Below are positions 1 through 10,107 of a stretch of 64,000 bases of DNA, piece after piece. The DNA lies in NCBI GenBank assembly GCA_977020255.1, contig CDROCS010002027.1, positions 62,001 to 126,000 on the forward strand, read 5' to 3'. This DNA comes from Obrimoposthia wandeli (lineage: Eukaryota). The notes under the pieces are model-generated. The model searched no databases. It was not told where the DNA came from and saw only the letters and a list, made by a program, of their open reading frames with translations. Numbering within the stretch: the stretch's first letter is position 1; each line of letters starts with the position of its first letter. The position numbers were made by a program, and so were the translations under genes.

Positions 1-787
1 TCATATAAAAGCTATGATCTTGTTGCTCGTATACGAGCTCATCTGCCTGCTGCTGGGTACCTAGTTTATGGCGATAAACTTGAGTACCCAACAATGTTTG
101 CAAGTCTTTTTTAATATAGAAAACGTGCTGGTTATCATTCGCCCAAACCAAATCACCCTCTGTACCGATGAGTGAATCCGCTAACAAACTATCTGTTTCG
201 ATCTCTTTAAAAGAGATGGTGTAAATACGGCGACTATCAATATCTTCTGAGAAACTTAGTAACTTATCGTCGGGGCTGATAGAAAGTTCCCCTAGATCAT
301 AGTATTCATACTGTTCGGCGCGCTGGTTCGCATCGAGTAATAAGCAATGCTCGGTACTGTGCTGTGCTTGGGTGCGATAAAAACAGGCGAATTCTTGCTC
401 GCCATGTACTTGGGTGAAATACCAATACTTGCCATCTTTAGCAGGAATACTTTGATCATCTTTAACGATGCGTGATTTAAGCTCTTCAAAAATGGATGTT
501 TGCAGTGCTTGCTGAGGCTTTAAAACAGCATCAGCATAATCATTTTCGGCCTTTAGGTGCTCAAGCACTGCTTTGTCTTGGCGACTGTCATCACGCATCC
601 AATAATAATTATCAATGCGCTGCAGCTGATGGTTTTCTAACGTGTAAGGTATTTTTTTAGCGATTGGTGCACAAAGTATACTACGCGCGGCGATAGCTTC
701 ATCGCTTAACAATGAATGACTTACGTTTAATAAGCTTAAGTTATTAGAAGTATCGGTGTTAGCAGCATTGTAATTAGAATCAGGCAC
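1..787 (-). CDS. ptrB: Oligopeptidase B / protease II (S9 family), N-terminal part; runs off the left edge of the window
   Basis: Not in the ORF track. Manual minus-strand translation gives APIAKKIPYTLENHQLQRIDNYYWMRDDSRQDKAVLEHLKAENDY...LKSRIVKDDQSIP...LLDANQRA...YYDLGELSISPDDKLLSFSEDIDSRRIY, typical of the PtrB N-terminus and beta-propeller. The frame is open from a GTG at 787 (after an in-frame TAA) to the edge; the exact start is uncertain. Confidence 0.9.
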   Translation of the reverse strand, partial: MPDSNYNAANTDTSNNLSLLNVSHSLLSDEAIAARSILCAPIAKKIPYTLENHQLQRIDNYYWMRDDSRQDKAVLEHLKAENDYADAVLKPQQALQTSIFEELKSRIVKDDQSIPAKDGKYWYFTQVHGEQEFACFYRTQAQHSTEHCLLLDANQRAEQYEYYDLGELSISPDDKLLSFSEDIDSRRIYTISFKEIETDSLLADSLIGTEGDLVWANDNQHVFYIKKDLQTLLGTQVYRHKLGTQQQADELVYEQQDHSFYM

Positions 788-859
788 TTAATTATTTCTC
801 ATCAAAAAAACTAAGTGTAACCAAAATACGGCTGATTTTATACGCCTGCTTTCATGCGA

Positions 860-1654
860 CTACTTTACTAACTTCTGCAACGCTTGGTAATCAGCTAGCA
901 TTGCTAAATGCTGCTGGTAATGCGCACTTTGTTTGTTGTTGCTTCTTAATGATTTTTCGCAGTGTTGCATGGTTTGTTGTAAATAGTTTTTAGCTTGGGT
1001 ATCAAATGGCTGCCAAAGTAATGAGCCGCTAGGTATTAAAGGTGTTGGTTTACGCAAATCACCGTTACCTTCAAGACTTTGGGCATTAGCTAAGTGAATA
1101 ATTTCGTAATAGCGCTGGTTTTCTTGCACTAGCTCTTCATTTAGCACAGCAAGTTCAAAAGGCTTTAGCCCCAATCGCAATTTATATTGATGGCGCACTG
1201 GGCAAAGTAGGAACTCGAGTTTAAAGCCTGCAAATTTATGCAAAAGCTGCTGTACCATATGCAGAGTTTGTTCGCCGCCGACGCCTGCTATCACAATTAA
1301 ATGCGTTTGTTGCTTATCTATCGTGGCTAGTGGTAAATCTAACACGTCAATGGTATGAAGCTGCCAAGCAAGGCGAGAGTCAGCATCACTGATTGGAAAA
1401 TGATTGGTTAATGTTTGTTGCAGATCTTGCATTATGCTGGGGATTATATCGACAAAATGAACTTGCGCAGCGACCTTTTCTGCAAGCAATAGCATTCCTA
1501 AATGGCCGTGATCACAGCAGCAATCCCAAATATGTTGATAATATTTTGGCCTGTGTTCAGCCATACTGTCACTGGGTTTTTTAGGTACTGCTTCTTTAGA
1601 AGAGCTGTGCGTTATAATATCTGCTATACATTGCAGTCGCTGGCTAATTTTCAA
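860..1654 (-). CDS. trmK: TrmK-family SAM-dependent methyltransferase (tRNA m1A22 methyltransferase-like)
   Basis: SQRLQ...IWDCCCDHGHLG, HFVD, VIAGVGG, LLCPV and ELVQENQRYYEII motifs match the TrmK family. Confidence 0.75.
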   Translation of the reverse strand: MKISQRLQCIADIITHSSSKEAVPKKPSDSMAEHRPKYYQHIWDCCCDHGHLGMLLLAEKVAAQVHFVDIIPSIMQDLQQTLTNHFPISDADSRLAWQLHTIDVLDLPLATIDKQQTHLIVIAGVGGEQTLHMVQQLLHKFAGFKLEFLLCPVRHQYKLRLGLKPFELAVLNEELVQENQRYYEIIHLANAQSLEGNGDLRKPTPLIPSGSLLWQPFDTQAKNYLQQTMQHCEKSLRSNNKQSAHYQQHLAMLADYQALQKLVK

Positions 1655-1708
1655 TATTTGACCTTTGGGTACTAAAAATCAGCCATTGTAGTGATAAATT
1701 TCTGCGTT

Positions 1709-2749
1709 TTAAAGTGCCAATTGACGTTGCTCTGGCAACCCCATTGATATCACTAATGGATGGTTAGATTGCTGCCTTTCAATAAAGTCTTGTTTGCAGC
1801 TTAACCCTTGCCAATTTATATCAATCAAACTTTGTGCAACTGCCCCGCCTAAGGTCGTTCCCGGCCCCAGTATAATTAGCTGATCAGGCGAAAACTCGCG
1901 CACGGCCACTTGAATCGCTTTGGTGAAGTTATAGGTATCTGTTACTTGCTCGCCTAAGGTGTAATCCCATAACTGCTCAGGATCAGTAGAATAGGGGCTC
2001 CAGATGTGCCCTCTACCATCAATTAAAGGCAGACTCGCTTGTTTAAACATTTCACTGTCTAACGCTGTGCTACCTAGTTGTGAGACTTTTTGCTGTAGTG
2101 GCGTATGAAATGCACTGTGATTAAATAAGCGCATTGGGTAACGTTCAGCTTCTTGCGGGAGTATTGTTATCAGCGCATTTAAAGCGGCTTCATTCCCGGC
2201 AAATACCACAAAGCCCCCTAGATTGATTGATATAAATAACTCGCAACCAACTTGTGAATTCACTTGCTCTAAGGCACTTTGTAACATTGCGCGCCGACCA
2301 GCAATTTCAAGCCAATTTTCATCCAATAACGGATAAATTATCTGCCCACCTTGCAAGTGTTGATGCATCAAAGTGCCCATAGTATTAATCACTTTAAAGG
2401 CGTTAGGTTCTGATAATGCATCAGCGCAACCCAATGCAACGTACCAGCCCAGCGAATTTCCGGTAACAGCAACTAACTCAAAAGCATCGCGGTTGATGGA
2501 TAAAAAATCTGCATAGGCACAGGCATACACCAGAGCCGAGGCGTTATCGCCACGGGTATGCTTGCTCATACTGTAAGCGGACATGGCATCTAATTCACTA
2601 AGCATCACTTGCCCATTTTGCTCTCGATAAGCATCTAGCTGCGCTAATAAAGCGGGCTTATCGCTGTGCCAACGCTGTAAATAACCCAGTTCAGTCTTGT
2701 TATACGTACCTCTACCTGGGCAAATAACGATTGCCTTCTTTCTACTCAT
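1709..2749 (-). CDS. FabD-like acyltransferase (ACP S-malonyltransferase fold) with atypical specificity residues
   Basis: N-terminal CPGRGTY (FabD: FPGQGSQ), nucleophile GNSLG, HSAFHTPL, LGPGTTL. Confidence 0.8.
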   Translation of the reverse strand: MSRKKAIVICPGRGTYNKTELGYLQRWHSDKPALLAQLDAYREQNGQVMLSELDAMSAYSMSKHTRGDNASALVYACAYADFLSINRDAFELVAVTGNSLGWYVALGCADALSEPNAFKVINTMGTLMHQHLQGGQIIYPLLDENWLEIAGRRAMLQSALEQVNSQVGCELFISINLGGFVVFAGNEAALNALITILPQEAERYPMRLFNHSAFHTPLQQKVSQLGSTALDSEMFKQASLPLIDGRGHIWSPYSTDPEQLWDYTLGEQVTDTYNFTKAIQVAVREFSPDQLIILGPGTTLGGAVAQSLIDINWQGLSCKQDFIERQQSNHPLVISMGLPEQRQLAL

Positions 2750-2882
2750 GTCTAATTCCTAGTAATAGTGAACTCTACTGTGATAGCTTTGCCTTTGCTT
2801 ACAAAATGATGCTCGCTTACTTTGATCACTCACTTGCTTCATTAACTATGGGCAAAGGTTTTGCGGCATCTATTGCCCATTT

Positions 2883-5141
2883 TTATCTACTATTAGCGTT
2901 ATCAGTCAATTGTAATGCTGCCGTTACAATATCATCACAACTTGGCAGCGTTACTGTCGCGGCCTTGCCCAGTGGAATAAAGCTATCTTGCGCGGTTACT
3001 GCGCGTAATTTTGGATGATGACTCGCTTTTTCACTGAGCATACTGATGATAGCTTCTGCTTGTGAACCCGTTTTGCGACACTCATCAACCACTAGTACAT
3101 GGTCACAATTTTTAACTGCACTTAACAGCTGTGCTTCATTTAAGGGGGCAAGCCAGCGTAAGTCGATCACTCTAACCTTCATCTGGTATTTTTCAGTAAG
3201 GATAAGCTCTGCCTGCCTTGAGAGATAATAGCCGTTGGCATAACTAACAATAGCCAGCTCTGTACCATCACCAAACTGGCCTATGTCTCCCAACGCTATG
3301 CTTTGTGACGTATCAGGTTGTGGATAATGCGCTAGCCATTGCCCATCTTCTGGGGCATGTAGGTCACGTGTCATATACAAAGCAATCGGTTCTACAAACA
3401 CGATAATGCGTTGCTCTTCTACAGCTAAACGTACACATTCGCGCAGCATGAGCACTGCATCAACTCCGTTACTTGGGCAAGCAATAATTACACCGGGTAT
3501 ATCGCGTAGTACCGCTAGCGAATTATCATTGTGAAAGTGACCACCAAAACCTTTTTGATAACCAAGGCCTGCAATGCGAATAATCATCGGATTGGTATAC
3601 TGGCCATTTGAGAAAAAACTTAAGGTGGCCGCCTCTCCACGCAATTGGTCTTCTGCATTGTGCAAATAGGCGAGAAACTGTATTTCGGGTATAGGTAAAA
3701 AACCATTGTGGGCTAAACCGATAGCTAAGCCTAAAATGCTTTGTTCATCTAATAGCGTGTTGATGACTCTGTCACTACCAAAGCGTGAGTGTACTTTGCC
3801 CGTGACATTGTACACCCCACCTTTAGGGCCGATATCTTCTCCAGCAAGTACTATATTTTGATGCTCCATCATCAAATCACTAATTGCCCAACTCAATAAT
3901 CTGGCTGTGTGTTGCGGTTTTTGCATGGCGACTACATCACTGCCAAAGCATGCTTGTCGCTGCTCTTTGCTATAAGTAAGACTATAAGTAGTACCATCAT
4001 TTTCTTTTAAGTTAGATTGCAGCGCACGTTTTGGCGGAATAATTGCCGCCATGACTTGTTTCGCCGTTATCAACTTAGGCCTTAAAGCAGCTGCTACTGC
4101 TACTTTTTCAACTCTTTCACCTATTTGGTTATAGAGATCTAAAATCTGCTGAGCGGTTAACAAACCTTCATCAATAATTATTCTAGCACTGTGCAGCAAA
4201 GGATCATTCGCCTCGCTACTTTCTACCTCTTTTTTAGAAATATAGGCAGTTTGCACATCTGAACCCGCATGCCCATAAAGCCTTACACAGCTCATATGTA
4301 AGAAAGCGGGTTTACGGTGTTTACGTACTTGGTATTCCACTTGGCAAGCTGCTTTATAGGTATCTAAAATATCTAAGCCATTACAGCTTACGTAATTAAG
4401 TGCTGGGCGCTGTGAAAAGTTAGCCGCTATCCAGCCGCCTGGTGTTTTGGTGGAAATTCCAATGCCATTATCTTCACAGATAAATACGATTGGCATCGGA
4501 ACATTTTGATAAGCAGACCAACAAGCCGTATTGAAAGCGCCTTGTGAAGTAGAGTGATTAGCAGATGCATCGCCAAAACTAGCTAGAACAACACTGTCAG
4601 TTTGCATCTGCATATCTTTAGGTTGATGGCGTTTTGCTAATCCAACACTATAAGCTGCACCTACCGCTTTGGGTAAATGTGAGGCGATGGTGCTAGTTTG
4701 TGGTGGAATAAACAGTGCTTTAGAGCCAAGTACTTTATGACGCCCTCCTGATATGGGATCATCGGCTGAGGCACTAAAGCTCAACAACATATCCCAAGTC
4801 GGGGTTTGCCCGGGCAGTAATTTAGATCGCTGAATCAAAAAAGCGGCATCTCTATAGTGAAGAAAAGCCATATCATCTACTTTAAACGCCGCCGCTATTG
4901 CCGCATTGCCTTCATGACCTGAACTACCAATAGTATAAAAACCTTCACCCCTAGCCTGCATCTTTCTAGAGGTTCTATCCAATTGCCTACTCAGTATCTG
5001 GCTTTCAAATATCTCTATTAACCCAGTAGCACTTAAGCCTGATTCTGCTAATGTTATTTGAGACACTCGCTTGGGTAAATCAGCCGAAGCTAATCTAGAT
5101 AAAAAGTTGTTATGTACAACTTCTGCACGATCCATAAACAA
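2883..5141 (-). CDS. Fused ThDP-dependent 2-oxoacid dehydrogenase E1 alpha/beta (2-oxoisovalerate dehydrogenase-like)
   Basis: GHEG, HYRD, GDASAN...N ThDP motif and RLYGHAGSD in the alpha part; GEDIG...GGVY, DEQSILG, EIQFLAY, GGHFHN and VIDLRWLAPL in the beta part. Confidence 0.9.
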   Translation of the reverse strand: MFMDRAEVVHNNFLSRLASADLPKRVSQITLAESGLSATGLIEIFESQILSRQLDRTSRKMQARGEGFYTIGSSGHEGNAAIAAAFKVDDMAFLHYRDAAFLIQRSKLLPGQTPTWDMLLSFSASADDPISGGRHKVLGSKALFIPPQTSTIASHLPKAVGAAYSVGLAKRHQPKDMQMQTDSVVLASFGDASANHSTSQGAFNTACWSAYQNVPMPIVFICEDNGIGISTKTPGGWIAANFSQRPALNYVSCNGLDILDTYKAACQVEYQVRKHRKPAFLHMSCVRLYGHAGSDVQTAYISKKEVESSEANDPLLHSARIIIDEGLLTAQQILDLYNQIGERVEKVAVAAALRPKLITAKQVMAAIIPPKRALQSNLKENDGTTYSLTYSKEQRQACFGSDVVAMQKPQHTARLLSWAISDLMMEHQNIVLAGEDIGPKGGVYNVTGKVHSRFGSDRVINTLLDEQSILGLAIGLAHNGFLPIPEIQFLAYLHNAEDQLRGEAATLSFFSNGQYTNPMIIRIAGLGYQKGFGGHFHNDNSLAVLRDIPGVIIACPSNGVDAVLMLRECVRLAVEEQRIIVFVEPIALYMTRDLHAPEDGQWLAHYPQPDTSQSIALGDIGQFGDGTELAIVSYANGYYLSRQAELILTEKYQMKVRVIDLRWLAPLNEAQLLSAVKNCDHVLVVDECRKTGSQAEAIISMLSEKASHHPKLRAVTAQDSFIPLGKAATVTLPSCDDIVTAALQLTDNANSR

Positions 5142-5327
5142 ACTCCCTAGTGAAAAATTTGTAATACGCTAACTTCATCAGCTAGGCATCCAAGATTTAT
5201 TGCTATTTTTTCATGAGCTTAAATATTAATAGAGATAGGTTATAGCACTGTTTAACCTAAAAATGCCAAACCTATCCCCACCATAGTGCATTTTTAATCA
5301 TTACTATCCAGTAAGAAATTCTAATCC

Positions 5328-5354
5328 CTCTAACTCATTGATTTGTGGTTTTTC
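5328..5354 (-). repeat. Internal fragment of MITE family 1
   Basis: The reverse complement GAAAAACCACAAATCAATGAGTTAGAG nearly matches the internal arm of the copies at 12898, 28856 and 51829. Confidence 0.55.
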
Positions 5355-5642
5355 TGTGAGGGTTAAATCGATATTTTCAGAGGAATGATACTTGTCGTTA
5401 ATTTTAAATCAAAGAGTTAAAGAACAACAAAAATTAAACAGGATACCAATGATTTTTAATCATTATCATTTAATGAAAAGAAAAAATATATTACTGCCAC
5501 TAACCCACGTTTGTTTGTATAATTCATCCCCTTTAAAATTAGTTTGGAAATAATTTTTTACTTAATCTCTTATATTTTGTAAATATTTTTTTAGAAGCTA
5601 ATTGTTTTACCCTAAATTAAATTTATTGAAAGAAGTTATCCA

Positions 5643-6134
5643 ATGTCTGTTTTAGAAGTATTAGTTGCACCCCACCCTAAGCTAAAGATAAAAGCCATCC
5701 AAGTAACTGACGTCAGTAGTGTTCAACAATTGATCGATGATTTGTTGGAAACGATGTACGCCACTGATGATGGTATTGGCTTGGCCGCCACACAAGTTGG
5801 CAGCAGCGCGGCTGTTGTCGTTATTGATATTTCTGATGAGCGTAATGAGCCATTAGTTTTAATAAACCCAACTATTGAAAGTGGCGATAGTTTAGAAAAA
5901 GGCCAAGAAGGCTGCCTATCTATCCCAGGCTACTATGCTGATGTAGAGCGCTTTACCCATGTTATTGTCACTGCTTTAGACAGAGAAGGTAAAGACATTC
6001 GCATTGAAAGTGAGGATTTCCTGGCTATTGCCATGCAACACGAAATAGATCATTTAAAAGGAAAGTTATTTATCGACTACCTTTCCCCGTTAAAAAAGAA
6101 AATGGCTTTAAAGAAAGCTAAGAAGTATATTTAA
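5643..6134 (+). CDS. def: Peptide deformylase
   Basis: GIGLAATQ, EGCLS and QHEIDHLKG motifs. No fmt gene is adjacent, so this is probably a secondary copy. Confidence 0.95.
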   Translation: MSVLEVLVAPHPKLKIKAIQVTDVSSVQQLIDDLLETMYATDDGIGLAATQVGSSAAVVVIDISDERNEPLVLINPTIESGDSLEKGQEGCLSIPGYYADVERFTHVIVTALDREGKDIRIESEDFLAIAMQHEIDHLKGKLFIDYLSPLKKKMALKKAKKYI

Positions 6135-6159
6135 TTTTCGCAGCTGAAAATAAAGTAAC

Positions 6160-6630
6160 ATGAATCAAACACAGCTCGATGAACAGTTCATGCTGCAAGC
6201 TTTAGCTATATCAAAGCAAGCTTTGCCGAAATGTTTACCAAATCCACCTATCGGCTGTGTTTTAGTTAATGCTAACCAAGTAGTTGCCAGTGGCTATACC
6301 CATGCTCCTGGTTTTGCACATGCCGAAGCTGACGCATTGGCTAATTATCTGGCAACAACAGATATTGCAGCGCAAGATTTTTCTGAGCTATCCGCTTACG
6401 TCACTTTAGAGCCATGTTCGTTTTATGGACGCACACCCTCGTGTGCTCTCGCGCTAATAGAGCACAAAATAAAAAGAGTGGTTATTTCCCTAGTAGATTC
6501 AGATCCTAGAAATAATGGAGCTGGTATTAACTTGTTAACCAAAGCTGGAATTGAAGTTCAGGTCGGTATTTGTAACAGCCAGGTAATCCATTTTTTATCC
6601 CCGTTCATGCACGCGATTGAAGCAAAATAA
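6160..6630 (+). CDS. Stand-alone RibD-type Zn deaminase domain (no reductase domain)
   Basis: PNPPIGCVLV, HAE, TLEPC..GRTPSC and DSDPRNNGAG motifs; only 156 aa. Confidence 0.8.
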   Translation: MNQTQLDEQFMLQALAISKQALPKCLPNPPIGCVLVNANQVVASGYTHAPGFAHAEADALANYLATTDIAAQDFSELSAYVTLEPCSFYGRTPSCALALIEHKIKRVVISLVDSDPRNNGAGINLLTKAGIEVQVGICNSQVIHFLSPFMHAIEAK

Positions 6631-7276
6631 ACTATCTTCTAAGTAAACTAGCTGTTTCTTGACGAGCACCTATTAATTTTATTTTGCCGAAAACAGCCGA
6701 ATTTGTGCTCTTTCTCATTTATTTAAAAACAGTATTCTTAAATCACTACTCATTAAAAGCTCAAAACAAAACTTAAATAACGTTAAAATCATTAGAATTT
6801 AGTTCATAAAACAACCATTATTCTCTTATATGAAATATTTATCTTCAATAGTAGAAAAAGTTCTAGATACATTTACGGACTCTTAACAACAAAAAAAACT
6901 ATTTTCTTATATTTTATCCACAAATAAACCTATTCAACTCCCGTATTCTAGCTATAATTCCAAAAAAATTTGAAAACAGTATAAACGATTATTTTTTCTT
7001 AAATTTTACCGGTTCAATCTTGCATAAAAACTATGCTAAAGTTTGCTGGTTAATATTTAGCGAGGATTTATTTTGATTTTATTTTTAAGAATTAAATCGA
7101 TATTAGCCTATTGATATGTAATGCATTCTCTTTGGTTTAAAAAAGATTGTAATAGTGTGAATTTCCAATATTACTGCTGCACTTTTTGTACCTACGAGAT
7201 CTCTGTTCAAGCTAATTATTAGCGATGAATGCCCGCTATTGTTTCACACATTATCCAAACTATGAGGAAAGTACTA

Positions 7277-8917
7277 ATGATAGATAATAATAATAAATTC
7301 AGAAAACTTGCCATAATAACAGCCATTACAGCCGCGACTACTTTTGCATCTGTGTCCGCTTTTTCAGCGACACACCCAACGACAGGTGAAGAGCTAGCCA
7401 CTGATCAAAGTTTCACTTATCGCTTATTAGATGGTATCCCTTCAATCGATCCGCAACTGGTTGAAGCAGTAGATAGCTCAAACATAGTAAGAGATTTATT
7501 TGAAGGTCTATTAAATCAAGACGCTCTGGGTAAAAACATACCCGGCGTAGCAGAAAGCTATGATGTATCTGCTGATAAAAAAACTTATACCTTCAATTTA
7601 CGCAAATCTAACTGGTCAAATGGTGACGCTGTTACCGCACATGATTTTGTTTATGCATGGCGTCGCGCTGTTGATCCTAAAACAGCGTCTCCATATTCTT
7701 GGTATATGGAAATGATGAGCATTAAAAACGGTGCTGCTATCATTAAAGATGGTATGGACGTTAAAGAGTTAGGTGTGGAAGCCGTTGATGATTACACTTT
7801 TAAAGTCACACTAGATGCACCGCTACCTTACTTCCCAGGTATGGTGACTCACACTACAACTTTCCCATCACATCAAGCAACGGTTGAAAAATTTGGCCAA
7901 GATTGGACACGCCCAGAAAACATCGTATCTAACGGTGCTTACGTGCTGAAAGAATGGGTTCTTAAAGAACAGAACGTGCGTGAAAGAAACCCACAATACT
8001 GGAATAATGAAAATACGATTCTCGATAAAGTCACAGCGTTAGTTATTAACGATGAGAACCAAGCGCTAATTCGCTTTAAGGCTGGGGATGTCGATAAAAC
8101 AGAAATTCCTGCTGGCCAATATCCAGCTATGAAGAAATCGCACCCTACTGAAGCTTTTTCATTCCCACGTCTTTGTAACTATTATTATACTTTCAACTTA
8201 TCAGATAGTGGCCCTGAAGCGTTTAAAGATGTGCGCGTCAGAAAAGCACTTTCTTATGCACTTGATCGTGATGTGATTGTTAAAAACGTGCTTAAAGGTG
8301 GCCAGTACCCCGCTTATACTTTTACGCCAGCGGCAACCGCGAACTTTGAAGTTCCACAAGTGCCTTATGCTACTTGGACTCAAAAAGAGCGTGACGCAAA
8401 AGCGAAAGAGTTATTGGCAGAAGCAGGTTACAGCAAAGATAAGCCTTTGAAATTTGATATGGTTTACAACACTGATGAGGCACACAAAAAAGTAGCGACG
8501 GTTATTTCACAAATGTGGAAGCAAAAGCTAGGGGTTAATGCAGTACTTGCCAACCAAGAATGGAAAACTTTCTTAGCTATCCGTAAGAAACAAGAGTTTG
8601 AAATGGCACGTGGTGCATGGTGTGGTGATTATAACGAAGCTTCTACTTTCCTTGATTTAATGACCACACAAGCTGGCTATAACCACGGTAAGTGGCTTAA
8701 CAAAGAAGTAGATACTTTAATGGCGGGTGCTAAAACCAGTGATACGCCAAATGTAAACTACAAAAAAGTAGAGCAGATAATGGCCGACGAAATGCCGGTT
8801 ATCCCCGTATATCATTACACGGGTATTTATATGATTAAAGATACACTAAAAGGCTGGCCGCTTAAGAACGTTCAGCAAACTATTTATAGCCGTACTTTCT
8901 ATAGAACGGCAAAATAA
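7277..8917 (+). CDS. oppA: Oligopeptide ABC transporter substrate-binding protein
   Basis: SBP family 5 signatures (DLFEGL, YTFNLRKSNWSNGDAVTAHDFVYAW, WCGDYNEASTFL). Start placed at ATG 7277 behind a GAGG RBS; a signal peptide follows. Confidence 0.93.
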   Translation: MIDNNNKFRKLAIITAITAATTFASVSAFSATHPTTGEELATDQSFTYRLLDGIPSIDPQLVEAVDSSNIVRDLFEGLLNQDALGKNIPGVAESYDVSADKKTYTFNLRKSNWSNGDAVTAHDFVYAWRRAVDPKTASPYSWYMEMMSIKNGAAIIKDGMDVKELGVEAVDDYTFKVTLDAPLPYFPGMVTHTTTFPSHQATVEKFGQDWTRPENIVSNGAYVLKEWVLKEQNVRERNPQYWNNENTILDKVTALVINDENQALIRFKAGDVDKTEIPAGQYPAMKKSHPTEAFSFPRLCNYYYTFNLSDSGPEAFKDVRVRKALSYALDRDVIVKNVLKGGQYPAYTFTPAATANFEVPQVPYATWTQKERDAKAKELLAEAGYSKDKPLKFDMVYNTDEAHKKVATVISQMWKQKLGVNAVLANQEWKTFLAIRKKQEFEMARGAWCGDYNEASTFLDLMTTQAGYNHGKWLNKEVDTLMAGAKTSDTPNVNYKKVEQIMADEMPVIPVYHYTGIYMIKDTLKGWPLKNVQQTIYSRTFYRTAK

Positions 8918-8933
8918 TTAGGCGCATTTGATC

Positions 8934-9043
8934 AACATCTCAGTCGGTTGTCATATAAATCGCTGGGGTGTTTTCAATATACTGAGATTTTTTAATTATT
9001 TAATCCATTTAAAACAGTCTTACAAACTGTTTTTAGTGGGTTA
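8934..9043 (+). other. Two intercistronic stem-loops between oppA and oppB (probable mRNA stabiliser/attenuator)
   Basis: AACATCTCAG/CTGGGGTGTT pair (8934-8972, with G-U) and TAATCCATTTAAAACAGT/ACTGTTTTTAGTGGGTTA pair (9001-9043). Confidence 0.5.
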
Positions 9044-9171
9044 TTTAATTTAGATCTCATAGCACTTTGTACTTACTATCATCCGCATTACCGTTGCCTA
9101 TTTTTCAACTTAGTTACGCACAAAGTGTGCTAGTCATTGTGCTTCGGTAGTGGAATACAAGGTCATGTTAC

Positions 9172-10095
9172 ATGTTTAGTTTTATCTTAAGACGAACGCT
9201 TTCGTCAATTCCCACAATTTTAATTTTAATCCTTATCTCTTTTGCCTTAATGCGCTTAGCACCCGGTAGCCCTTTTTCAACAGATAGAGGCCTCCCCCCT
9301 GAAGTATTAGCCAATCTTGAAGCTAAATTTGGATTGAATCTTCCATGGTTTGAACAGTTATTTAATTATATTAGAGCTATTATTTTTGATTTCGATTTCG
9401 GTCCATCTTTTAAATACAAAGATCGCAGTGTCAACGATATTTTAGCGCAAGGCTTTCCAGTTACATTAACTTATGGTATTTGGTCTTTTATTGCAGCGGT
9501 GGCGGTGGGTATTCCACTGGGTATTGCCGCTGCGGTTAAACACAACACTAAGTTAGATTACGCAGCAGTAGGCTTTTCTATTGGCGCTCAAGTGTTACCC
9601 AACTTCGTTATGGCACCCATTTTGGTCATCATCTTCACCTTGTGGCTTAATTGGCTGCCAGGCGGCGGCTGGAATGGTGGCCAGTGGCAATACGTTGTTA
9701 TGCCCATCATTGCATTATCCACCAGCTATATGGCAAGTATCGCCCGTATTACCCGCTCCTCTATGTTAGAAGTGTTACATTCTAATTTCATTAGAACAGC
9801 TCGTGCAAAAGGCCTTCCGTATCGCAGCATTATTTTGCGCCATGCACTTAAGCCTGCCTTGTTACCCGTTGTGTCTTACTTAGGTCCCGCATTTGTATAT
9901 ATGATTACAGGTTCAGTCATTATTGATATTTATTTCAGTACTGGCGGTATGGGCCAGTTTTTTGTAGATGCTGCTCTAAATCGCGATTATTCATTGTTAA
10001 TGGGCGTCACTATCGTATTTGGTGTAATGACGATTTTGTTTAATACCATTGTCGATATCACATACGCTTGGCTTGATCCTAAGATTAGACTTTAA
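9172..10095 (+). CDS. oppB: Oligopeptide ABC permease OppB
   Basis: APGSPF, FDFGPSFKY and the EAA loop FIRTARAKGL. Confidence 0.93.
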   Translation: MFSFILRRTLSSIPTILILILISFALMRLAPGSPFSTDRGLPPEVLANLEAKFGLNLPWFEQLFNYIRAIIFDFDFGPSFKYKDRSVNDILAQGFPVTLTYGIWSFIAAVAVGIPLGIAAAVKHNTKLDYAAVGFSIGAQVLPNFVMAPILVIIFTLWLNWLPGGGWNGGQWQYVVMPIIALSTSYMASIARITRSSMLEVLHSNFIRTARAKGLPYRSIILRHALKPALLPVVSYLGPAFVYMITGSVIIDIYFSTGGMGQFFVDAALNRDYSLLMGVTIVFGVMTILFNTIVDITYAWLDPKIRL

Positions 10096-10107
10096 GAGGC
10101 TATTAAA

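Noticed and set aside
292-489. 65-aa ORF in the track
   Set aside because: Lies in a different frame within ptrB, which occupies 1-787.
7005-7025. Sigma-54 promoter upstream of oppA
   Set aside because: GG-to-GC spacing is 9 nt, not the required 10.
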